A DNA stretch of 64,000 bases from Dipteris shenzhenensis (taxonomy: Eukaryota): NCBI GenBank assembly GCA_047967505.1, contig CM106538.1; one strand, given 5' to 3'. The translations under genes and the position numbers were made by a program. Shown here piece by piece: positions 25,601 through 39,136 of the stretch (its first letter is position 1; every line of letters begins with the position of its first letter). The notes below the pieces were generated by a model. It was not told where the DNA came from and did not search any database. It saw only the letters and a list, made by a program, of their open reading frames with translations.

Positions 25601-27210
25601 TGAAACTTGTGAGCATAGTATTGTGCCATCGTGACAGGGTCTGTCCTGAACATGTGTTGTTTTATGGCTACTATTTCATCGGTTGTGTGGTCGTTGTTGA
25701 TACCATAGTGTGTTTATACATACTTTGTTATCTTTATACAATGGGTTGTAGAGTAGTTCCTATACACATGCATTGTCTTCGTCGTACGATGCCTTTGGCA
25801 TAGCTATGGTTGTACTGGAGCCAACGTTTGATTGCCATAACCATTGTTGCACTTTCATCAACAAAACAAGGTGACCAAGTATGTTCTTTGTCAGTGTCCG
25901 TGAATACATTGACTATGCTTCCATGCAAGCCAAGTTGGCCCTCGTAGTTTAGCTCTCTGATTTGGGCAAACGGTATTCTAATCGAAATCAGTCGTTCCTC
26001 CACTTTTGTCAAACTGGATGTGTGTTTCGTAGGGAGTGGGATGGTTACAATGTGGCAGGCCTATCTTAGGATGAAGCCCTTTCTTAATGTGGGCATGGCA
26101 AAGGGCACACATGAGACAACCTGAAATGGAGCCATCGACAAGGCACAGTTTCTCTGATCTTAGAAATTGCTCGTGAACATCTTTGGCTATTCTCATTTTG
26201 GACTTGAACAAAAGGGCCCCACAGCAGTAGTAGTCGGATGTTGGGGTATCTTTTATTTTTTGGAGATAATGGTGTTGTGCTTCGTTGCATCCGAGTTTTT
26301 TTCTAGCTCGTTTAGTTTTAGCTGTGCGTACTGCTCGGGGTATTGCCTACGGCGTGCTATTGGGTTGGTTGCTTGTGCAACTTTTTTTTGGGGTTGCATG
26401 GGTTTTGCGGTTGCTCGAGCATATTTTGTAGAACTTGTTGTAGACGCTTTTGGTGCTATATTTGGGTGTTGCACTTTTGTTGTTGAACAGCTCAGCTATT
26501 CTTTTGCCAAGCTCGCTTGGGAATGCATCCATCAGTTGCCTAAGTGCGTCCTCGTCCTCGAGAGCTCAGGTGATGTACTTTCATTTGGTGACCTTTGTGA
26601 GCAGCAGAACGATTGTGGGTGGCTTGTTAGACTCGTCTATTAGTAGCAAAAAATTTTCTAGACTTACAGGCTGGCCAACTTGGACAAGTTCCAGTTGCCC
26701 ACTCACATCAAGGATCGACAATTCAAAACAATCACCAAATTCATTGTGGAAATTTTGCAAAGTGTTGATCAACATAGGGCGTCTTCATGGTTGTTGCTAG
26801 TAGGTTGCTGCTACTATGTTTCCATGGTCAATTGTTTTTTGGGAAGCCTCTGCAATGACTTGTTGGTTGACAACTTTGTCTGGTGAACCTAAACCCTCTC
26901 GACTCACATGTTTCTCTACAATGTCCAGCATTGTTGTGTATTCCGTTGCAAGGTAGAAAGCAAGCAAGCACCTAATATGTCTGTGTTGTAAGGACATGTG
27001 TGGTTGAATGCTATGTCTGGGTTTGCAAACTACAGCACAGGGTTGAGCATTGCTTCCATTGCTTTTCCCCTAGCAAGAAACAAACACACCATGAAAGGGA
27101 GCACAAAGAAATGTTTTTGCCTACCTTCTTGTTGAATGTGTTTGGCATAGGAGTCTAAAACCTGGCAAAGAAGTGCAAGCTGTGATTTTTTGCACATCCC
27201 GTGTTCGTGC
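22650..27210 (-). pseudogene. Helentron/HLE2-type Rep-PIF1 helicase-endonuclease polyprotein, pseudogenised
   Basis: In order: Cys-rich region (KIKDTP..YCCGALLF..CALC); ERLISIRIPFAQIREL..GQLGLHGSIVNV; HUH motif TEFQNCGSQHDHGLLWVTDAP; LKREPKDIYTNNFN..WEANTDIQFV; Walker A FISGNASSGKT (~24070-24100); Walker B VIDEISL; PFGG..GDLF; TIHRSQGLT..GLAYTAL. Read-through past the 22746 stop gives the endonuclease start SLNTRSFMAHK. Confidence 0.88.
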
Positions 27211-27558
27211 ATTTCGTTCGCAAGTGTGGTGGAGTGTTGCCACTGATGGTGTGGGGGAGAAGATTACCAGGAAACTTTGATCTGGTAGAGTTTGCGATGT
27301 AGCTACACAGTCGGTCATACCAGCCACACAAAGCAGAGAAGCATGACAAAAGGGATTTGGTCCGCACATACGGATGTTTGATGTTTGCATTGATGATGTG
27401 CAAGTCTCTTGTTACGGGAAAAAAAAGGAAAGCAAATCGTTTTTGCAAAGCACAACTGTAGCGAGGCATGCGCACCCTTCTCTTGTCAACACATAAAAAA
27501 GTAGAGTTTAATTAAAACATGGGGGAAACATATCCGTGCGAAGGGAAACCAAGCGTCT

Positions 27559-27894
27559 GTGGAGAAACTGTGGAGGTGCAAGATTATGTACAAGTTTTTT
27601 AAAAAGATTGAGTAAAGGCATACATGAAACTGAAGCGTGAAAGAAACATCTGCTTGCCAAGGCAAACTGTACAGCCATGGCAGCAGGAAAACTGTGCCAG
27701 CGTCTTATTCCTCCTGGGTGGGGGGGGGCGGTGGAGAAACTGTGGAGGCAGAAGAGTATGTACAAGTTTTTTTAAAGTTTGAGCAAAGTCATACATGAAA
27801 CTAAAGCATGAAAGAAACATCCACTTGCCAAGGCAAATTGTACAGCCATGGCAGCAGGAAAGCAGTGCGAGTGTCTTATTCGTCGAGGGGGGGC
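27559..27894 (+). repeat. Two tandem copies of a ~172-bp unit between the RPA-like gene and Rep
   Basis: Units start GTGGAGAAACTGTGGAGG at 27559 and 27731 and share CTTGCCAAGGCAAA.TGTACAGCCATGGCAGCAGGAAA. Confidence 0.9.
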
Positions 27895-29329
27895 AGTAGT
27901 CTCAATTAGTTGTGCTGTGAAAGCAGTCACGAAACCAGCACTGTTAACAGTGAACTTGCCAACTGGCTTCTTCTCAAACAACATATTCTAGTGACCACAA
28001 TGCTTCAGCGATGGTATTCGATGAAGGGGCATCGGAGGGCCAGCACATCGTCAACGTGGGTGCTGTAGATCTGAATAGAAACCTAGAGGCCCTCATGATC
28101 AACAACACAACCTTTCAAGCAAGGCACACGCAAGACAATCTGGGAGGCATTGCAACTGTAATAGAAAGGTCGTTGGGGGTCCCTGCTGACACGAGCACCG
28201 CCACAACCACTACACTAGTACTCAACTAGCGGGTTGCTCAAGCCAACAAAATGGAAGATGTCGCTAACTTGTAAGCAAGGAGGAAGCAGAGGGTGAGAAA
28301 AAAAATATTTCGTGTGGTTGCTAGTTTTTGGGTGTACGCTATACCTTCTTGCCGTAGCCTAGTTGAGAGACCTGACTATCAAATGTCACTTACAATCACA
28401 TCCGTAGGTCGCCTTCAGGGACTGCGGCAAGGATAGTGAAGTCAAATACACCAAGGGCATGCCATGCGCACATGAAATAAATGTTATTGGCGATGTACAT
28501 GATGATGCCCTCATTTATAAACTCTTGCACCAAGCGCGCCAAGGTCTGTCATCTCTTAGCCACCACAAAGGTCAATTGCATGGGCAGGAAAACTTGTTAG
28601 TGGGGAATGTGATGTAAGGTTTGCTAGAGGAAACACATGTGCTTGTGGCAATGCCCACCGTTGCACAATCTTTAGGGTTGGGGCCATCGACTATGATGAT
28701 CTGATCGGATGGTGGACCATCCAGGTCAACTTTCACTATGACAAAAAATGCAGTTGTCTCCATCAATGATACAAAGGACGCCTTGGTGGTCTCGACATGG
28801 TTTGTGTCCCATGGTGCATACAATCTTATTGATTTTTTTGGGACAAAAGATATTGCACCATCGAATGGCTCACCCTTGAGAATGGTTGTGCTTGCATCTA
28901 CACGCAAGGACACAAAGGAGGTTCCACCCTTGCCTGTAGTTTTTTGGGCGATGGCCGGTCCCTCAATGTGATAGAAAGCATCAACTTGGCGGAAATCCTT
29001 CAGTTGGGGAACAAAAGCATGGGGCACATGAAGTGTGATTGTTTCAATGCATTGCGAGTCAGTCAGGTCCACTCGCATGAAAATAGCATATGTCGCATCC
29101 CTTGCTTTGAATGTACCATACTTGGCCAAGGCTTTGCCTTTGAAAGCAAAACGATAAGGCACATACTTAGATAAAGACTCTATGGGTAAGATTGGAAGGT
29201 TGTTTGACCCAATGAAGCCTGTGGAAGCTATCGCTTCTTGCTCGAGCGGAAAGTCAGTTGGGTTGACATCACCAAGAAGTAATTCCTTCCGTTTGCTCAA
29301 GCCACCCTTGGTTGCCAGGTTCGAGCTAG
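27895..29329 (-). pseudogene. RPA70-like OB-fold ssDNA-binding protein gene with introns, next to the Helentron Rep
   Basis: ILPIESLSKYVPYRFAFKGKALAK...FMRVDLTDSQ...FRQVDAFYHIEG resembles RPA1 DBD-A. A downstream exon (~28268-27895) has Y*CSGCG...FYYSCNA, resembling the DBD-C zinc ribbon. Candidate splice sites at 29330, ~28659 and ~28345; stops in the 3' exons. Confidence 0.65.
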
Positions 29330-29938
29330 CTACAGGGTAAGAAATTAAGCATCGTTAGTGATGCTATGTGCTGGCTAATTTGCAACAAGGCTTCGCCTAT
29401 CTATCGTTGAAATGTAAAGACGCCTGAGTTGCATTTATTATTGTTTTTAACCAGTGACTTTATGTGTGTGTTGAGAGTGTATGATTGCCAAAGACTATGT
29501 TCAAGGGAGGGACGGAAGTATTTAAGGGGCCTCTTTTGCGTCTTGGAATTCTGTGTTTGCCAAACTATGTGGCTCATCATTGGACTCATATCATCTATAT
29601 ACTTCAATATATTCCATTCTAAATGTCAAATCCATGCTCTATCTACAATCAGTAGTAGGGAATTAAAACTAGGGAAATCCATGCTCTGTCTTCAATCAGT
29701 AGGTAGGAAATTAAATGTCTATCTTCAATCAATAGGGAATTAAAATTGAGGTTTAGGGACTAGCATAGCAACCCAACAACTCATAAATATTTTGGTGAAA
29801 AACTGGAAGATCTGATTCCAACCTAAAAATTTAGGGTTTCGAGTGAACAATGTCTTTTTGGATTTTCCTTGAACCCCAGTGCTCCAATGGCAATGCTAGT
29901 GCATGGGGTTCATTTCCAACACTAGAAAAGCCCTGGAA

Positions 29939-30095
29939 GCATGAAATCCGACATCATGCAACCAAGGCCTACTTTTTGTAAAAAGTAGGCCTTGGTCGCA
30001 TGACGTCAGATTTCATGCAAAAAAAAGGCCTGGTCGCATGATGTTAGATTTCATGCAAAAAGTAGGCCCTAGTCGCATGATGTCAGATTTCATGC
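29939..30095. repeat. ~39-bp unit: one inverted copy head-to-head with three tandem copies
   Basis: Unit AAAAAGTAGGCCTTGGTCGCATGA(C/T)GTCAGATTTCATGC at 29980, 30019 and 30057; reverse-complement copy at 29939-29977. Confidence 0.9.
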
Positions 30096-32829
30096 TTTTA
30101 CGGCTTTTTTGGTGCTGCTTCACATGCAACATATCACTTGTAATGCTTTAATGGTCTCATTAAAAATCATTATTCCACCATTTTTTGGTCTCAGTTCAAG
30201 TTTGAAATGTGTACTACAACTTGAAGACAAAGTTTGCCAAATTCCATTGAGAAATACATAAGTTATGGGTCATGCAAGATACCTATATATAGAAAATTCC
30301 CTGAACCTCACCAAAAATGGCTACACCCAAGCAAATAACAATGACCCCAATGTAGGAAAGCCTCTCGTATGGTTTGGAGATGACTAGAAGTCCAAATTCC
30401 TTTCAAAAGATACTTGTTGTAATTTGATAGTACTTGATGCTACTGTTAGCACACAACCTATCATCTTGCAAGCATTGTTGAACTTGCTGCCGCCAAAGTC
30501 TGTAACTTGCCAAAGATGAGGTGTCAAGGGAGCCTATCTGCCACATATTGGAGGCCCATGTCTTGCATGAGGGGGGACACCTATGGATATTGATAGTATA
30601 ACTTAAAGTTTTTGGCATTACACTTTAACCCTAAGTGCACGACCACCCTTGGATTCTTTCCACCACTATGACGTGAGAACTTGGTTATTTGCATGTTGTG
30701 CTCTGTGGAATTTTTCATGTTCTCCATGTTGGTTAGGTAGAGCTTCTTTTGAGATCAAGAGGTGGATTGTTGAGTGGATTGCTTGGGCTCATTAGGGGGC
30801 TAGACCTCGGGTTGCTCCATTTGAGAAGGGAAGGGGAGAGAAATGGTATGGGAGCTAGAGGGAGTAGTAGAGGGTGGGAATAACATTCATGGCTGGGAAT
30901 GTCTTGCTCAAAGTTGAATACAAGTTCTTCAGCAAAAACAAGGTCATAGATTCCCACTGATCATGTAGAGTCATTTGACATAGGGTGGTGGAGGCTCAGA
31001 ATTAGTTTTGGAAGATAGATGGATGCTTGGAAAATTCACTAAAAAATTTTGGTAGCACCTAGGTACAATGGCATAACTGCAAACTGTAGAATCGGCTGCC
31101 TTCTTATATAGGAATCTTGGTAATGCAGTGGGTTAGTGCTATCAATAACACAAGTACCAGTGTTATTAGCATAGTGACTTGCATTAAAGCACAAAGAGTC
31201 AGCGTTATTATCATAGCAGTGAGTGGCATTATTATTGCAACAAGTGGCATCATTATCCAATGAGTGGTGTTATTATCATAGTGACTAGCAAGTTGATGCA
31301 TTACCTTATAGTAGGGTCATCGCCTTATCAAGTCATTGTGTTAGGAGTTAAGTAATAAATAGTGTTACAGTGCAATGGGACCATAGTTGCTGTGTTAAGC
31401 ATAAAGCAGCAAGTTTTCTGCGTTAGACTTAAAGTAAAAAGTTGACTTTTAATAACCTGTCCAAATATTTAACTCACATGTGAACCTTTGTAGATACCTA
31501 TGGACTTGTGAACGCATGGGGAAGGTGTGCTGACACTTCAACTACTAACTCTCGGGGACACATGCTGACTTGGAGTGTGACAGGGTGATCTAGGGGCCCC
31601 AGAGCTTAAATTTGTATGCACTTTCAAACCCTAGTCACCTAATCTAAGTTGTGAAGGTTTGACTCTCTTAGTGCATATTTGCAATGCTCGCATTAACCTA
31701 AACTAGCAAAGGGTGTTATTTTGACCTAAGGACTCGGACCCTGTTGTGGGACTTCCTATTTTCACCTATCCCATAAACCTCCTATTTTTACCTAGACCCA
31801 ATAATATGGTCAATAAAATCAGACTTGTGGGGGCCTAGGGTACCTTGCCTCTCTCCAAGTGGCATGTTTTTTTAGCGCTCCTATAAGAAGTGTGAAGAGT
31901 TGTGCCTTGGAGTTGTGGAAAAGTGGTGCCACCATCTCATTGGTGTTGACTTGTGTGGTTTCAGCATGAGCATCTACTGCCAGGTCTTGGAAAACTTGCA
32001 AAACCAATAAATCTTGTGTAATTTGTGTGGATGCCCATCTTTATAGAGCAAGCATTTGCAGATTGGGGGCAATGATAGGTTTGTGGCACTGCTTGATTTT
32101 TAGAAGTAGGTTCTTGTGGTGCTACCGCGTTGGCCATGGATGTAGAAGTAGAAGGAGAGGTTGAACTTAGTGACCTACTCTTGGGAACCCATTGGGGCTC
32201 ACTGGGTGATTTGGCCTCTGACTTTCCTTTCAATGCAGTAGGTCTTTGTGTCTCTCCCTTTTTAAGAGCAGGTTCTTGTGTGACTACCATGGGTGTGGAT
32301 GATGTTTTCCCTTGCAACATAAGAATGTGAGGGCATAAGGGGGTTTCCTATGACTTTGTTGTAGTAGTTTCTTCTTGGGATGGGCGAACAATAGGTTCTT
32401 GTGGGACTACATCTATTTTAGAGGCTGGTTCTTGTGGTACTGTGACATGAAGTTGGGGGTAATAGACTTCACGCACCTCTTCACTTCCTACTTCTTTTGA
32501 ACTAAGTAACAAAGATATTTATCATTGAGAAAGGGACATTAAAAATAAGCTTTTATGCCAAGATACCACACCATACTTTCCTCCCTCAGATGAGAATGAA
32601 GATGGTAACATCCCAAGTGATGTTGTACTCAAGCATAGGGGGAAGGAAAGGATTAGCAGAGGCCATAATCTCAACAAGTTGGTCTGTGCCAAAGAGAAGA
32701 GTGATACGTTGTTGAAAGAATATATTGCAGTGCACACCTTTTGCAAACAACATGTGAGTACCACTGCCACATCACAATCCATGCCACCTCATCATTTTTT
32801 ATGACCCTCTTGGGATCAAAGTTTGGCTA

Positions 32830-35530
32830 CTTGTCCAAGAGCCATAACTTTTGATCCATGTGGAATTTGAAGGTGATCTAAAAAGAAAAAATGATTGCCA
32901 GATCGTGCTGTACACACTAAGCACCTCAGATCTATAGTCTAAAATTCCACAAGCTAGAATCATTGAATACATACAAGAGACTCAAATCCGCCAAGCCAAG
33001 TAATCCATTGCCTTTTTACCTGATTAGTTCTCAGTGGCATCAGTCCCATTAGATCTATCATGTATGTACACACTCACACATCTGACGCCATCCAATCCCT
33101 TGGCATTTGGCAATTCAGAATGTTAGTTTGACACTTGGGAGAGTGATCTTCCTCTCGGATTCGGGATTGTGGTACACATCTTGCACACACATGCCACCCA
33201 TGTAAATTCATACATTGTTGACTATTGTTTGGCATTAGTTCTCACACACATACATCAACCTTATACATCCTCTTGGCTACTTTTTGACACGTAGTTGTCA
33301 TCACTTTACTATAGGCTTGATCCTTGGCACACAACAATTCTTCCATCACATGACTTGGTCTTGACCATTTAGCCTAAGCCCCCCAGCGGCAACTCTTACA
33401 GTGTTTTTATGGATAGACACTCTTGCCGGTACACAGGTAAGCCTCTTGCATAGAGCACTAGACCACCTCTAGCAAGGAGTTACCCACATCACCCAGTTGA
33501 TTGATTCCAGATGAGATCCATGATTAGAAAGAGAACTTACCTTGACCATTCATTTCCATAGGATATGTACTACTTTATGATGCCGCTTTGATCATTGGTC
33601 TTAAGAGATCAGACACAAATATACCACATGGTAGCATGGATCATCCCATAGTTTTTTTTTCATGCAATTTCTCGGTAAGCCCTCAGCATGACGAGGCACA
33701 TTTGACGGTAAGCCCTTAACACGAGGCACATTTGACTATAAGTTATCAACACGAGGCAGTCCCATTGGCATCAACACACTGTAATTCTAATGGTGTTCAT
33801 TGATCAATTCCATGCATGGATCCGACTCCATCTATTGGCACATCGGGTGCAGATACTCAGCAGGAGTTCACCTGTGATCATGCAGTTATTTAGAAGGTAA
33901 GTCTTCAATATGAGGCACTCACATCTTTTGCAACATGCAAAGATACATGCCACAGCACATTCAGCCCTTCAAGTGATTTCATTCCAACATTGATCCCTAC
34001 TGCTTTCACCCTGACACGGAGCATACCTTGGACATAGTTTCCATGAGAAATATAGAACATCATACTGGTCTTCAAGACATTCTAGCCTTGGCGCAATCAC
34101 GTTGCATTGAACCACCCTTGGGTCTAGTGATCAGCACCTTTTTCTATCAGCATATCATTCCTCATCATGAGGATATTCATGCATCAGTGCAGTCCTACCC
34201 CAGTTTGGACATCATCAGGTCCAGCCATAGTGCAATTTCTTAGCTTTTCATCATGCACGTATGACTGCCGTATACATTCCATACTTGATGCATATTAGTG
34301 GTTGGATCTAGGACTTCATATTGGTCCCTACATCAGCATTCGATGCCTCATATGCTTCAAGGATATCTTATGCATTTTCAATGATATATCAAGCTTCTAG
34401 GCCTTTTTACTCTTAGTTCCTTCTTGACGATCCTTTGATATATTCTACATCCCATGCCGATGGATTTTTACACATGCACACATCAGACGACCTTTAGCTC
34501 ATGACAGTTGAGCATACAGGTTTGATAGATTACCAGACCTTGTTAGTTTTAAGGGCCTTTTCATCATAGTAGAGTAGTGTATCATACCTGCACCTTTGGC
34601 CCCAACTTTTGTGTAGCCCTTGGATCACTCTATCCACATCGACTATTTGGTCTTCTTTGACTCCGCATCATTTGACAGACATTATAGCTCTATTGCAACA
34701 TACCTCTGCCATTGCTACCAATTCTTATTGGTTGGTGACACTCTTGTATGTCACAACCTACTAGATTCTTTCTCCATATCTACATTGACTAGCCTCACAT
34801 CTGGATGCCTCTTCTACAGAGCAGCTGCACAGTCCATGATGGCACATGACATGTTTGGCTTTGACATGTTCAGTATGCAACCATACATGCAATTCTTCAT
34901 GCAGTCATCTTTTGATCAACCAGTATTTGATCCAGATGGAATTTACCTTCTGCATATTTCCTCCCTTTTCCCTTTGGCCTATCTTCTAGGTTTTATTCCC
35001 AAAGGCAAAGGATGACCCACAACTTAAGAGGGGGAAATGCACATTATATAAGATCTAGTAAGTTGTACTTATTGTACATGCTTCCACTACATAGTCACTG
35101 TGCTCACATATACACATGTGCATTGTGCTCACTATGCTCACATACACATATACTACTCTAATTTCTTTTCAATTTTCTTTTCTGGTTTTGTATGCTATCA
35201 TATGCACCAAATGAAACACAAAAAGGTATCGTACATGCACCCTCTACTTACCTAGTGCAATTTAAGAGGGGTGTTGAGGATGGTGTAAATTACACCATCT
35301 AGATAGGGGCCAGGGCATTAGGAGCAAACCCTAACCCTAACCCTAAGGGGTTATCATGTATATATTCATGTTTATGTTCAATACAACATAGTGTACAGGT
35401 AACTATATCATGTGCACTCCTCTCTCTCTCTCACTCACTTCCCACTTCATCAATCAAGCCCTATATACTAGGTCAAGACAAGAATCAAAAGCATAGATAT
35501 TTGAATTCATCATTTCATATTTTGCATGAG
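32830..35530 (+). mobile_element. Decayed LTR retroelement without recognisable pol
   Basis: LTR-end CA followed by PBS-like TGGCATCAG (33035-33043). PPT AAGAGGGG (35264-35271) followed by TGTTG at 35272. Outer limits are approximate. Confidence 0.5.
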
Positions 35531-36399
35531 TGATTGAAGTCATCCAATGTGAAAGGAAAATGCTGATAGGTCCAATTGTTTGATCAAATTTTGTGCTAAT
35601 GATTGGGATATATCATAGTATGAGGCTATACTAGCATTTGATAGAGCATCTATGGGTTGATTGTAATAGTGCTCCAAATAGCCATAGGATACATCAAGGT
35701 GGGATCTTTGATGGGATGTGGGTATACTTGCAATTTGAGTGAGCAAGAAACTTTGATTCTAGGATGTTAGCAAGTAGAATTGGGATTACTTGTATAAAGG
35801 TCATGGGACATTTCATGCTAGTAATTCAATAACTTAAACGATACTATCAAGTGTTAAATTGATAAGTCTTGAGGTATTACATACAAAGGGCTTAAGTTCC
35901 AAAATGTCAAACTCATCTATGTGAATGCAATAAAAATTTAGGGTGGATCTCTTGCCAACTCAATCTTTTTATGGTCATGTAGTCTAAGGTATAAGGCCTT
36001 TCTTGCACCTCTTAACTCAGATCTTTTCTGAGTCACTAGTTTCTTAACACACACAATACTCAAAACACTTGTGAGTGAACTTGGATTAAGAATTTTTCCA
36101 AACAAAAGAATTTCTATACTATTTATCTCTCAAAATAATTGCCTATAGGATGCGTTGGTTTTTGTGAACTGTGGATGTAGGTATTGAAGTGAAAGAGATG
36201 CACCATCATGCCCTAACAATGGCTGTGATAGTGAAAAAAATGGAAAAACATGTTGATAATTTTAGCAATAGCAAGGTATTTTGGGGTTTGAACCTTAGGA
36301 CTAGCCACACTTCAAGGGTTTAAAGCTCAAGAAGAGCTTGGCTAGTCAAGAGTTGCCAAATGGTGATAATGCTGCAATGGGGTTTCCACTGAGAAGAAG

Positions 36400-36780
36400 G
36401 GGGTGAGAAAGAGAGAGGGGAGGGGGAGGGAAGAAGGGAAGGGGATGGAGAAGGAGAAGGAGAAGGAGAAGGAGAAGGAGAAGAAGGTGAACAGGGATCG
36501 TGGGTGGCAAACACCAAAGGCAAACAAGGAGAGCAAGCAAACCTCAATGTCAACACATGAGCAAGAAGAGAGCTTGTATTTCTTAAAGGTTGCATACAAC
36601 AATGAAGACCAAAGTCAACCACGGCCTTTCATACATGTCACCTTTTGAAGGGAGGGCCAACCCTATTCCTTGTACCACTCTCTTTCTTTTGTTACAACTA
36701 CTTAGGCCCATATGGTGCCAAGGCAGATGCTGATTCCCTCAACCTTCTCTCTGTCTTCAAATGGCTCTTGTGTTATCCAT
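36400..36780 (-). repeat. Dispersed repeat (LTR-like), inverted relative to 41440-41780; contains (GGAGAA)n
   Basis: TGAAGACCAAAGTC...TACATGTCACCTTTTGAAGGGAGG..CCAA...TACCACTCTCTTTC matches the reverse complement of ~41516-41611. Confidence 0.7.
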
Positions 36781-37249
36781 GTATGGGATCCAAATGGATC
36801 TTGTGTTATCTTTGCCAATTTGGGTGATCCCGATGACTACTTTGAAACTAAGACATTTGTGGCTCAAAGCCCATAGGGTTTGGATGGGCCAGATCCGTTA
36901 GCATGCTCAGTGGCTATTAGCAGTCCTTTCACAGGGTTGAAGATCCATAGTCGATTGGCAGCAGTGAACCAATCAAAGAACCGTGAGATGTAGCCAGACT
37001 AGCTACATTCATGTCCACTGAGATAAAGATGCTCATCACATGACACCATTATAGGGTAATCCCACTCTATGGAGAGACCTCTCGGATTGGATGAATGGGC
37101 AAATAGTAGCTTCTAAGTCCACTGATCCTAAGATAGTTGAATCCCCAAATGACCCCCAATACTTTCCCAAGGTTCCCGCCGTCACAACAAATTGGGCCGA
37201 TACTTTGAGAGTGATGATACAAATGCAATACTACACATATCATACCATG

Positions 37250-37530
37250 ATAAACAAGTAACAACAATCTTGGATGTAGGAGCAGGTGTAAGCATTGATG
37301 GGCCAAGTGGGGACAACCTAAAATGGTTAGCACAAACCTCGTAGTCAAATTGGTTAATGGAGAATTAGCCCCCAACCAACCAGATGGCTATGACATCATA
37401 TTTGCTAGACCTTTCATGTGAGCTAAAGGATTGGTCCATGACTAGAGCTAAAAAAGAATAAATTTATGTAAGGATGAGCAAGTCATGAGGATGGATCTCC
37501 AAACTTGGAAGGCTCACCCTATGTCGAAGA
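37250..37530 (+). mobile_element. Gypsy aspartic protease remnant
   Basis: ILDVGAGVSI, KWGQPKM..VVKLVNG and DGYDIIFARPFM*AKGLVHD, read across frameshifts. Confidence 0.6.
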
Positions 37531-39136
37531 ATCTATTCGCAAACTGAATCTAACAGTACCAATAGGTCAACATCGTAAAAGTATTCAATGCTTATGCGGA
37601 ACAGGATGAAGGAAAGAGTCTTGAAGACTCTTGGTGTGCTCCTTCACCAGAGTTAGAAGAACTTAATTGGATGCATACACTAGCCTACCAAGTACTAAAG
37701 GAACTCAATTTCTGCACTTTGACTATGATCAGCCAACCACCATTACACATTTTTATACCATAAGTGTGGTACTACCTAATCAAATTGAACCTATAATTAA
37801 TAGATAGATATTACTCCATCTCAAATTTGGGTAGATTTGACATCAAGAGGTGCAACATGCCGAGTACAGGCCTTGGTAGATGGTCGACCAAGCAACAACC
37901 TCATCTCCTAGGAAGCATTAAAACATCTTGGCTAGGTACTCCTTCAAGTTTGTGATACCAAAATTCAATCCATAGAAGGTACCTCAATTAAGGTTGTTGG
38001 TTCTTTAATGCCGAATGTTTCCATGGACAATCACATTGTGCCTTGCAAGTTTTTGTAACTCTAGGTACCTTAACAGAAGCCACGATTCTTGGTAAAATCA
38101 AGATCCAATACACAAAGGATTGTTTGGTGATGAATCAACCAATCAAGATGTACTAATTATGACCAACCAGCCCAATATTCATGCATAAACATCAACATCC
38201 ACTTCTAACCTCTCAACCTCTATAAAAGACTTTTTTTTCCCCCAAAGAAAGGAAACTTCTATTAATTCTTGAAAGAATTCATACAAAACAGCAGCCTCGA
38301 AGGTGTTGAATATGGAAAAATCGAGAAAAGGCTAAAAGAAAAATCGAGAAAAGGATGAAAGAAAAACCGGCCTGTTCTAGAGAAACCAAGCTCACTGCCT
38401 AAGGGATCTCTGGTACAGGGGCGAACAACCAGGTGGGGGGAGGATACAACCAGCAAATTCCTCGTGGAGTGAAAATGTAGAAAACTCCTATAGGCCAAGC
38501 CTTGTAGAAATGAGCACGCCTCTCGATAGTCGCTCTAGAGCCAAGAGTCCCATGCTCCCAGGTGGAGCGTAAAGTGTAGATGATATCTTACCAAATGGTG
38601 ACTAGGGTAGCCGAGGGTGAAACCAGATGCTCACCCATCACGACACTGTAGCGAGCCACCCAAACATTCCACGCAGTGATACTCGCTACCACCTCCCAAA
38701 CATTGTCCTCTGGAGGAGAAGGGGGGTGGGATATCCGGGGGGATTGCCTCATGGAGCACTATGTTCTGAATGCTCTAACCCTATATCTGGTAGGCTGGGG
38801 AGATCTCATCAATCTAGAACATGTGTCCTCCCTCAACAACCAGGACACCATCCCCCAGGTGTAGTCCCTCTGAAGACTCTGCATACGGGTCATGATCCTG
38901 AGGGCTCCCATCCAGACCTCTACAAGAGACTTACCACCAAAGATGACAAAGAAGAAGAGAAATCAAGAAAGTTTGGATCCGAAAGGATCTACTAGAGGCC
39001 CAAGGGTACTTTGAAGGTGAGTCATACATTTGGGTTCCGACGAAACCTCGACATCAAAAGCCACCCCATCATGTAAGCAACAAACCTCAACATCGAAGAA
39101 CAAAACAACTTCATCCAACAAGGAAGGTACTGTTGG

